Below are positions 12,292-22,355 of a stretch of DNA of 28,950 nucleotides, in pieces. The stretch's first letter is position 1; the number at the start of each line of letters is the position of its first letter. The stretch comes from Geosiphon pyriformis uo1. Taxonomy: Eukaryota > Fungi > Glomeromycota. The stretch lies in the NCBI GenBank assembly GCA_016748015.1, contig JAAOMT010000657.1, positions 609,227 to 638,176 of the forward strand. The letters run 5' to 3'. Made by a program: the position numbers and the translations under genes. Below the pieces are notes generated by a model. The model was not told the origin of the DNA. It did no database searches and worked only from the letters and a program-made list of their open reading frames with translations.

Positions 12292-13674
12292 TCAATTTGA
12301 CGTGTTGTTGTCAATAATAACAATTGGTTCCAGATCTCGTGGAATCTGATCTGGTTGGACTAATATTTTCTGTACTCCTAATTGTGGAATATTACTGGTG
12401 GATGGTGGTATGGTGTTGTAATATGGTTTCAGTCGATTTCCATGTGCTGCTTTGGTTAAGATTTTGTTGTCCAGTCTTAATTTGTAAGCTCCATTTCTTA
12501 GAATTTCTTTTATGTGAAATGGTACATCCCATTTGGGGTCAAATTTTCCACTCTATTGTTTTTCCGCTTTGGTATGATGTAAAAGTACTTTGTCTCCAAT
12601 CTTGAATTCAACTGGTTTGTCTGGTAGTTGATTATCATGTCTTTTTTTCTGTTTTTCTTGTGACTTTTGTATATTATCAGCTGCTCTTCTTCATTTGTTT
12701 TCCAATGTTTCCATTAAGTCATATGTTTTTCTTAACAATGTTTCTTGGAAATTCTCTTCTGTTATTGATTCAGATGGATATGTGTTGACTTCTATCTCCA
12801 CTGGTAATATTGCTGTTCTACCATATACTAATTCAAATAGTATTGCTTGTATAGTGTCTTGCTTCATTGTTCAATAAGCAAATAGTACTGCTGGTATCAA
12901 CACGTCCCAATTATTCTGGTTTTCTTGACTGAGCTTAGCTATTGCTTCACACAATGTTCTGTTGAATCTTTTGACTAATCCATTGGTTTGTAGATGGTAT
13001 AGTGATGATAGTGGTCTCTTAATTCCGAATCTTTGGCTCAATTCTGTTAATGTTCTGTTCACAAAATGAGTTCCTTGGTCTGATAATAATTCTTTTGAAC
13101 ATCCATGTCGACAAATCAACTCCTAATGAATGAATTCGACAACAGATTTTGCATCCACTCTTTGAATTGTTTTTGCCTCTGGCCATTTAGTGAGATAGTT
13201 CATGGCTACTGCTATGTACCTGTTTCCTTCTCTGGTAATTGTTAATGGTTTGACTAGATCAATTCCAATATGGTCAAATGGTTGTCCCACTTTGATTGGT
13301 CTTAATAGTTTACTGGGTTTTGTACCTTCTCTTCACTAACAAACATCACAATTTTGAACATATTGGATGATGTCTAGATATATTGATGGCCAATAATATC
13401 TTTTTCTGGTTTTTTCTATGGTTGCTTCTTTGTGAAAGTGTCCTGCTGTTGGATTTAAGTGTATGTTGAATAATATTGTCTCTTTTTCTGGCTCTGTAAT
13501 TACTCTGGTTGGTTGCTTTGGATCTCTTCTATTTTTCCAATAAAGTATATTTTGGTGAGTAATAAAATATTTTGATTGTTGTTTAATACTCTTTCATTCT
13601 GTTTGAGATAAATTCTCCTTGAACTGTTGAGTGTTTATATAATGTAGCAGTTGTTGATATTTTTGTATGTTCAT
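12292..13674 (-). pseudogene. Element A integrase (HHCC, rve core, GPY/F-type tail)
   Basis: H..PTAGHF...YYWP...CDVC; LLSDQGTHF; LQTNGLVKRFNRTL; FKIGDKVLL...KFDPKWDVPFHI. No chromodomain seen. Confidence 0.9.
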
Positions 13675-13736
13675 CTTTTGTTATATTTTTTGTTGGTATT
13701 GTTCTGGTTTTGTTATATTTTTGGGTTGAAATGTTC

Positions 13737-15030
13737 TTAGATTTGTCTCATTCACGACAAACTGTCAACATTTCTGTTGTCTTTTCCCTTTTTATAATGT
13801 ATAGTATAATTATATGGTGTGAGTGCCATTTTCCATCTTGACTGTCTTTTATCTCCAAATTCTTGTTTTTGAAGTGATGTTAATCCTTTGTAATCTGTGT
13901 ATACTTCAAACTTCTGGTTCAAATATTCTTTCCATTTCATAACTGCCCAGTATATTGCTAAGTGTTCTTGTTCCAGTGTTCCATAGTTCTTTTCAGCTGG
14001 TGTTAAACCTCTGCTGGCATATACTACTGGATGTTCCCTGCCATCTGGTCCTCTCTGAAATAGTACTGCTCTCAATGTTTGGCCAGATGCATCAGTAGTA
14101 ATAATAAATGGTTTGCTGTAATCTGAATAGATCAGTACTGGAGCTTAAATGAGCTTTCTTCTCAGAATATCAAAAGCTTCTTGTTGACTTTCTGTCCATT
14201 CATATTTTGTATTCTTGGTTTGCAGTTGGTTGAGTGGCTGTGCTATCTTAGAAAAGTTCTTGATAAAATGTCAATAGTAGCTGGCAAATCCCAAGAATGA
14301 TTTCAGTTCTGTCATATTTGTCAGTACTGGAAAGTTTTTTACTATCTCTATTTTCTCTGGATCCATTTTGATGCTGTCTTTGCTAACTATGTGTCCTAAG
14401 AATTTTAGTTCTGTTTTGCCAAAAAAACACTTTGTTGCATTTAACTTTAGTTCTGCTCTTTTTAGTCTTTCGAACACTTGTTGAAGATGATAAAGATGAT
14501 CATCAAATGTTTTTAAGAATACATTGGTGTTGTTTAAGTATACAACTACTGATTTCCACAATAAGCCAGTATAAACAATTTCCATTAGTCTTTGGAAAGT
14601 GACTGGTGTGTTGATTAAGCCAAATAGCATTACTTCAAATTCAAAATTCCCTTCTCTGGTGGTGAATGCCATCTTTTCTTTGTCAGCTGGATCCATGGCT
14701 ACTTGTTAGTAACTACTGTCCAGATCTAATGTTGAAAATCATTTGTTTCTACCAAAAGTGTCAAATAATTTTTGGATCCATGGAGTGGGGTAGCTATCTC
14801 CACAAGTTACTCCATTGAGTTTTTTATAATCCACACAAAAGCAGATCTTTCTATTCTTTTTATGAATGAATACCACTGGTGACAACCATGGGCTTATTGA
14901 TGACTGAATTAGCCCATTGTCAAGCATTCAGTTTATCTCTTACTGGATAATCTTGTGGCTAGCTAGTGGTACTCTGTATGCTCTTTGTTTAATTGGCATT
15001 GCATCTCCAGTCTTGATCTGATGCTGGATA
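13737..15030 (-). pseudogene. Element A reverse transcriptase-RNase H
   Basis: SPWLSPVV..KK..FCVDYKKLN; AFTT..G.FEF.VMLFGLINTP; YLNN (YLDD eroded by G>A); LKSFLGFASYY; TDAS; YASRGL..AEKNY; YTDYKGL; NVDSLS. Confidence 0.93.
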
Positions 15031-15569
15031 ATGTCAGTTCGGCCAAACTCATTTTCGCTGGCAAAGATGTCATTGAAATTGTTGAGCAACATCTTAAGTT
15101 GCATACTTTGGAGTGGATCCAAGTTTCCCATGTTCATTTGTTCCAATTGTTCTGATTGGAGTAAATAACATTCACTTCGTCCATATATCATTTGTGATGT
15201 GATATTGACATATCTACAAAGCTATGGAAAGTCCAGAATAGTGCTTGGTGATTGATCCTCTATTTCAGTGCTTAAGTATCCAATGGTGGTTCTGGCTAGT
15301 ATTTCTACAATATTTCCAGTGTTGTTGTAGATGGGAATTTTGATATGGTTATGGCTCTTGGCTGGTATGTGTAGATTGATAAGTCTAATTTCTCCTGATT
15401 CACAAAGGGTTGATTCTGCTTCAAAAATCTAATTCTGTTCTTTTACTTCTCGCTTTATTCCTATTATGTACTGGCCATATGGTGGAATGGAAATTGCTTA
15501 ACCCACTGAGATAATTTCTCCTTGGTCAACAATTTCTTCTTCTGCCATATTAACTGATACATCTATTCT

Positions 15570-15995
15570 ATCTGTTGATCCAAATCTCTGTATTTCTCTT
15601 GCTGTTATTCCTAATTTCTTTCTCTTTCCTACTAATATTAACTGAGCTACTCTAACCAGAGACAGGAATATTGCCTGTGCTATTTTTTCATTGGGCTCTA
15701 TTATATAGGTCTTTTCTGAGTTATTTTGTAGCATAGTGATGATATTTCATATTCCATGTCAATTATTCCTCTTCTTATATTAATCCCTCTTTTTGCTAGA
15801 CTATTCCTAGATGCTAATTGAACCATTGTTGTTGCTGAAATTTCCAGTGCTATTTTCAAATCAATGCAGGTGCGCATATGTGGTTCCAATTTGATGACAT
15901 CTTTTCCTGGATATCTTAGATCAAACCCTGCATCCATATCATGCGTGCATTCCGGCATGATACCTTCACCATTATGACTAAACCATTTGAGCTCT
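15570..15995 (-). pseudogene. Trimeric dUTPase domain inside element A pol, between protease and RT
   Basis: Motifs I-V in order: DAGFDL, ASRNSLA, GIIDMEY, EKIAQAIF, REIQRFGST; frameshift near 15745. Confidence 0.88.
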
Positions 15996-16229
15996 TGTTC
16001 TTTGGAGAGTTCAGGGAGTGTGATATATTGTTCACAGTTTGAATTGGGGTTTGAATCTGAGTTGGAGTCATTGCCATTTTGAACAGAGCTGGAACTATTA
16101 TTCTCATTGTCATTATTGTCGGAGTTTGAATTGGGATTGAACAGTGATTCCAACTCCGATGTGCAGCTGCTGATTGGTTCTTCCTCTTTGGGGATCGTGT
16201 AGATCATGCATGGTGGTGGATTGTAAATA

Positions 16230-16850
16230 AGATCACAATCGTCACAATATTCAAAGTCACTGGAAATTAAACAATGGCAACACAGTCTTGTATTTAACTG
16301 TGCTAGCCATTGTTCTTGCTCCTCTTTAGTGGGTGCCAAGTTTTGGTAGTGCTCATGGAACTCTTCTGGTTCCAGAAAATTTATGATTGGCTTTACGTTT
16401 CAGTCAAGCTCGATGGGTTCTGGTGGGTTGTTTTTAATTGTCCTGATTTTTTCTGGCAACACGTCTTCAATTTTGGCAATTGTCATTCACCATAATTCAT
16501 CATCATCATGTGGACAACTGTCCAATTACTGTACAGCTCTTCTCCAAACGGCTTCTATTGGTGTTTTTTTCTCGACCCAGTTGCTGATGAGAATTGTGTA
16601 TTGGCAGAAAACATCACACATTCTTCCTCTCCCAGGAATGTTGTTCCATATTCCTTCATTGAAGAGAGTTTCTCCACAGACTAGACATGATGTATTATCC
16701 CATTTTCTCACTCGTTTTGGTCTTCCAAAATGTTTGACAAGGCATGCATGGCAATAGAACTTGGTTGCTGTCTGATATTCTTTGTCATCACTACAGCATG
16801 CACCCATTAACGACAATTTCTTGCCGCAATCAACACATATTAGTTTGGGT
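16230..16850 (-). other. Cys-rich putative Zn-binding insert in element A pol
   Basis: CVDC, CC, CHAC, CLVC, CDVFC, CCHC and CDDC in ORFs 16526-16864 and 15701-16339. Confidence 0.55.
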
Positions 16851-17149
16851 CGGCAATAGGTCAATGATTGTTGTTGACTATAGGTGTATGGAATATAAGT
16901 GTTGTTGGCTTAAGTGTTTTCTTCCTCCCTTTCTTTCCCTTTTTCTTTTTCTTCTTTCCACTTCCAACTCGATGGTTTTTCTTGTTCGTTGTTAGTCCAG
17001 GTCAAATCATCTGTTTCCTAGGTCAGTTCTTCTTTTTGCTTTCCCTTAGGGTTGTCATTCTATAAGAGTATTGGCAGCAGTTCATTGTGATCTGGGTTGG
17101 CCCACAAGACTTGGTAGACTTCCCAGATAGGTTTTGTCTTTTCTTCAAA

Positions 17150-17560
17150 GTTGATTAGTGGTGCTAACAAATTAGTGGTCTTGAAGTAACCACATATAGC
17201 TGGTACCCATGTGTGTCGTCCATTCTGACTGAGCTGGAGTTCTTGTGTGGTCCAGTCGAGCACAGCGTTGGTTTTGACTAGCCAATCATTACCAACTAGT
17301 GCTTGGTACTGAGTTGCTTCCATTACCAAGACCTTAATGGAAGTAACGATACCATTAACTTCAATTGGGAAGTTGTCAATTTCGCCAATAGGCATTCTTG
17401 TGACACCATCTGCAATGATAATTCTAGCACTGGCAGTTCGATCAACTCAGCAACCTAATTGATTCATGAGTTGCTTGGTGAGGATGTTGCCTGCTAAACC
17501 ACTATCAAGGATAAGTTTGATAAGGTGTCCATCTACTTTTGCATCAGTGTACATTGCTGT
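17150..17560 (-). pseudogene. Element A aspartic protease, main part; its first residues lie at 26142-26170
   Basis: KLILDSGLAG active-site motif and ALVGNDWL flap. Removing element B restores FEEKPITAMYTDAKVDG in frame. Confidence 0.9.
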
Positions 17561-18263
17561 TGTTATGGGTTGGAGTAACAAGCTAACAGATAGCAAGAGA
17601 GAACAGGATTGTAGAGTGATAGAAATAATCAAAGAGAAATTCAACTTTAAAAAGCGAATTGAATGAGTATGAATTTAATGTGCGAGATCAGTCTCATAAA
17701 ATATCTTAGTCACTATTCTTTTCAAAAGTAACTGGGAAATCTGAAGGTAGAGAGATAGTCCGTACTGTCAACAATTGATCACCACTGGTATAATTCTATG
17801 CCTCACGTCGGCGCTCTTAGAATTCAATATCAGGTATCAACTTGTGCTTTTCAGTCACGTTTATTCAAATAATCTTCAAATGCTACAATTATATACGTCA
17901 GAAAAAGGCCAACAAGTAATCTTTTATCCTAAGATGTTCGGATACTTGAAGGTAAGGAAAGGGAAATTAGCAATAAGAGAGTGATTGAGATGAAAGTTGT
18001 TATTTTTATTTATTTGATTCTTGTCTGAGAGATGATTTTCTACAGTTAAGAGACTCATTGCTTATATAGCTATTGAAAGTGGTCAATGACCAGGTCAACG
18101 ACTAGGTCAATGATCAGGTCAATGATCAGGTTAATGGTCAGGTTATTAATCAGGTCAATGATCAGGTCAATGATTACTATCTAAAAATAGAGTGGCTAAT
18201 TATATGACATCAGTGACTAATACATGTGATAACTAATAAAAATTATGGGTTTTAACCATAACA
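17561..18263 (-). repeat. Element B 3' LTR (703 bp)
   Basis: TGTTAT...ATAACA termini; gap-free match to 25439-26141; TATATAA on the minus strand at 18062-18068. Confidence 0.97.
18081..18176. repeat. 8 x 12-bp tandem array (consensus GGTCAATGATCA) in LTR B; second copy at 25959-26054
   Basis: Units counted directly; the array lies just upstream of the minus-strand TATA box. Confidence 0.92.
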
Positions 18264-18274
18264 TTATCCTCTCC
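18264..18274 (-). other. Polypurine tract of element B
   Basis: Minus strand GGAGAGGATAA abutting the 3' LTR. Confidence 0.8.
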
Positions 18275-18322
18275 AAAAAGATTGAGCTCTGGCAAAATCA
18301 AGCTATTTATAGGGTATTCTAA

Positions 18323-18889
18323 TTAAAGGGTTTTGTCTAACTCAAAACTAACTAGTTTGTTGAAGTCTTTTATGGATAGAGTATATAGTACTTAAGGCAA
18401 AATAAGCTTTGTATTCAAGAGACCAAATCTTTGTATAAGAGTTTTGGCTCTTCTTGCAATGGTCAAAACTCTTGGGACATCTAAACGTATAATGCCCAAA
18501 ATTTCCACTTGTATCTCTGAAGTTGTTTTCTTCATAAGCTTCATTTCTTCTATGATTTTACCAAGACAACCATAGAGTTCTAATTGTTTTTTATATGACA
18601 AGTTTTTGTCTATGGGCAAAATTTTTTTAATCGTTTTTCCAATTGTCATAGAAGGTGTAAGTATTGTTGCTGTTATGCTTTCCAGCAAATACTTATCCAT
18701 TTTGCTACCAATTCTTTCTCTTCTGGTAGTGGTTTTCTTTGGTCTAATAACAGTATGTGTTCCACTGTTATCAATTATGGTGGTTTGTTTTCCAATAGTC
18801 AGAGTAGCATTTAGATAATTTTTGATCCAGTACTCATGGAAAGTGTAGAAAGTGTTTTGAATGTTTTGATCTAGAAAATAATTGTTCAT
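18323..18889 (-). pseudogene. Element B extra ORF3 (env position), unknown function
   Basis: Open frame 18392-18985 with likely start MNNYF at 18889; extends to 18323 if the TAA at 18392 was CAA. No transmembrane segment is evident. Confidence 0.65.
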
Positions 18890-18930
18890 GTTGATTGAAG
18901 ATACCTCTGTTTTGGGAATGGTGCATTTAT

Positions 18931-20250
18931 TTATATCTGATTTTTGTTGATCATTTGGGTCGGTATTACCACAACAGATAACCAATCAGGTTGTTTGTGA
19001 TATTTCTTAAGTCGTGTGCCATAAACAGAGCAATCATTGAAGATTGTTCTATATTGATCTTGTAAGATATAAGAATCATTGTTCAAAACTTTGTTGACTA
19101 TAAAGGGTCTTTTCCACTGGCTAGAGAATTTATCACCATAGACATTGTCTCTGTCTGAATGGTATTCTAAAACTAAGTTACCAACACTTAAGAAAAGTGT
19201 TTTATATGTTTTCTTTTTCTTAAGCTTCTTTTGGAATTGTTTTATCTTTTCAAAGACAATTATCTGTGCTTCTACTAATGAGTCAAGAATAGTACCAAGT
19301 TTTCTTTGCAAAATGTTTTCGTAATTCCCTATTGTTATTTCTTCAAAGAGTATTGTCTCAATGTCAGTTTCTATTGGTAGGGCTGCCATTTGTCCATAGA
19401 GTAGATAAAAGAATTCATAACTTGTTATGTCATGATTCACAGTTCTATAAGCAAACAAAGCTGAAGGCAGTACTTTGTTCCATAAGTTTGTTTCTTTGCT
19501 GGTTTTGGCTAGGGTTTTACATAGTGTTCTATTAAAACGTTCTACTAGGTCATTTGTTTGAGGGTAATAAGGAGAAGAAAGTTTGTGACATATTCCCATT
19601 TTTCTACAAAGTTCTTCAACAAGTGTACTGAGAAAAGCTCTTCCTCTGTCAGATAAAAGTTCTTTGGGGCAGCCATGACGACAAATAATATCTTCATAAA
19701 TGAAATTGGCTATTGAGACTGCTGTTTGGTTTGGAGTGGCTCTTGCTTCTACTCACTTTGTAAGATAGTCAGTAGTTGTGATAATGTATCTGTTGCCATC
19801 AGGAGTTATTGTTAAAGGTCCAACAATATCTATACCAATTCTGTCAAAAGGTTGACCAACAGAGATTAGATGGATATCTTCTTTGTGATTGGGTTTTCTT
19901 CTTCTTTGGCAGATATCACAGATTTTGATGTATTTAGCAATGTCTTTTCCTAAGGTAGGCCAATAATAGCGAGCTAGAGTTTTCTGAATTGTTTTTGTTT
20001 TTCCAAAGTGTCCAGCTAATGAATCAGTATGCATATTGTAGATCACAATTTCTTTTTCTTCAAATCTGATGACTCTCTGGGGGCAGTCAGGATTTTTTCT
20101 ATTTCTTTTATAAAGTTGGTTCTGACAAATCAAATAAAAATTTGATTGTTTGTGCAAATGTTCTCTTTGTTGTCGTGTGTATTTCAGTGGGTATTGTCTT
20201 TTACCCAAAAATTCTATTAAGGCAGAGTAGTTGTCCAAGTCTATTATCAT
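18931..20250 (-). pseudogene. Element B integrase
   Basis: MHTDSLAGHFG...YYWP...CDIC; GIDIVGPL; PQTNDLVERFNRTL; ALFAYRT; KFSSQWKRPFIV. Confidence 0.93.
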
Positions 20251-20311
20251 GTTTGTTAAAAAGAGGGAATTACTAATAATTAAGTTGGTTTTGTTTGAGA
20301 GAGTTGTTCTG

Positions 20312-21512
20312 TTACTGGATGGTAAATCTGGAGAGAGCATCGGCATTTTGATGTTTAGCTTCTTTGCAATGTTGAATATCATAGTCAAATTCATCTAAGT
20401 GGAATATCTAGCGAGTTATCTGTTTGTGTTCTAGCCTCTTTTTGTTGTACAGCCAAACCAAAGCTTGGTGATCTGTTACCACCAAAAACTTCATACCAAG
20501 AAGATACTTGCTCCAGTAACTGGTGGACCATACTACTGCTAAGCATTCTTGTTCAGTGACTGAATAGTTCTGTTCTGCTGGGAAAAAAGTTCTACTGGCA
20601 TAGGCTATGGCATGTTCTTTGCCATTTTCATCTTTCTGGAAGAGAACAGCACCAAGTTTAAAGCCAGATGCATCAGTGTGAAGGATAAAGGGTCGATCTA
20701 GATCAGGTTGCTTGAGGATGGATTCTGTAACCAGTTTTTCCTTTAAAGTTTTAAAGGCTTTTTGCTGATGTGTTCCCCAATGGTAATTGACATTTTTCCT
20801 GAGTAGCTGATTGAAAGAAGAGGCGATTTTGGAAAAATCCTTGACAAATTTGCGATAATAAGAGGCCAAACCAAGAAAAGAGCATAGTTCATGAATATTC
20901 ATTAGTTGTTTAATGTTTTGGATTTTTTCAACTTTGGCTGGGTCAGAAAAAATTCCATCTTTTGTAATAAGATGACCAAAGAACTGGGTGGATTGTCTTT
21001 CAAAGAAAGATTTGATTGGGTTAATTTTGAGACCAGCATTTCTGAAGAGGTCAAAAACCTTTTGCAAATGTTCCAGGTGTTTATCCCAGGTTTTTGAGTA
21101 TACTATTATGTCATCCAAATAGACTAGAACAAAGTTTTCTTTGACTGATTCAAATACTTTATCCATTAAGCATTGAAAGGTGGGAGGAGTGTTAGTAAAA
21201 CCAAAAGGCATGACTGTAAATTCATAGGTGCCATATTTAGTGATGAAGACAGTTTTTTTTCTGCTTTCTGGATCCATCTCTACTTGCCAAAATCCAGCAG
21301 TTAAGTCGATAATTGAGAAGAAAGCAGCATCTTTGAATTGGTCTAACATTGCATCAATCTTGGGAAGTGGGTACATGTCTCTTTCAGTGATGGCATTTAA
21401 TTGGCAATAGTCAACACAGAAGTGTAATGTTCTACCTTTTTTGGATACCACTACAACTGGGAAAGCCCATTCACTCTTGGTTTCTTGTATGAATCTAAGT
21501 TCTTTTATCTGG
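20312..21512 (-). pseudogene. Element B reverse transcriptase-RNase H; N-terminus lies beyond element C at 22356 onward
   Basis: FCVDYCQLN, YPLPKID, IDLTAGFWQV, VMPFGFTNTP, YLDD, FILHTDASG, YASRT..AEQNY, VTDHQAL, NADALSR. Confidence 0.95.
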
Positions 21513-22355
21513 TGTTACCAGTAGAATTTTAGCTATTAATTAGCATGAAATTTCCTTTATAATTCCTATCATTAATTAGCATATATTATTATCGTTTCGA
21601 ATTTCACTTATTATTTAATCAAATTAGCAATTATCATCATTTAATCAATAACCCGATTTGGACCATAGAAATTGAGATGATCAATTTACACAATACCCTG
21701 AACCATATAACATAGCAAAAATTCGCCGAAATTAATGGAAATTNNNNNNNNNNNNNNNNNNNNGAAAATGTATCTTCTCATATCCTACCATAGTATCTTA
21801 CTTTAGGTATCTTAATTAGAACAAATCACTTTTTACATATCTCAAATAAAAATTAAATATTCGAAAACCAAATCCTTTGATTATTACACTTGAAATTCTC
21901 TCAACACAACTAACATTTTGAAATTGATTAGCTACCAATTTCAGTAATCTGTTAGTGACTCCAGGCCTGGATAGAAAACGTTTCCTTGACAAAATTCTAT
22001 TTCTTTACATTTCTTTTATTTTTCTCTTTCTTTTCTTATCATAATCATTTGGGTAGCCTACAGACGAGATTCCTGTAGAAGAGTTGACTTTCACAGCAAA
22101 GTAACTACACATTTTTAGTGAGCTTCCAGACGAGCAATTCCTGGGAAAGAGTTGACGTTTACTACAACGTAACTACATAAAGTAACTGGCACGGAATTGG
22201 CCATTCCACTTATAAGCCCAGCGGTTCAAATTATAGGAGATAATTTGAAGATAAATTCAGTTATCGAAGGTTCAACTACTTCCTCTAGTCGTGAATAAAA
22301 CAGCAAACAAGCATCAACAACATTTAAGAAAAGAGACCAAAAACCTCCGGTAACA
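21513..22355 (+). mobile_element. LTR element C (solo LTR, or a full element collapsed over the assembly gap), nested at the start of element B RT
   Basis: Termini TGTTACC...GGTAACA; TSD CTGG (21509-21512 and 22356-22359); removal restores KEINQIKELRFIQE in frame. The + orientation is inferred from similarity to the A and B LTR layout. Confidence 0.85.
21744..21763. other. Assembly gap (20 N)
   Basis: N run in the sequence. Confidence 1.

Noticed and set aside
18081-18176. Regular repeat array as CRISPR or telomeric repeat
   Set aside because: Contiguous 12-mers without spacers, present in both LTRs, no cas genes, eukaryotic context.
18323-18889. ORF3 as retroviral env or chromodomain
   Set aside because: No signal peptide, TM helix or chromodomain motif is visible.
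22058-22174. Hammerhead ribozyme, IRE or SECIS call for the LTR C hairpins
   Set aside because: CAGACGA is not CUGANGA and no correctly placed GAAA follows; no CAGUGN loop; no tandem GA quartet compatible with the stem.
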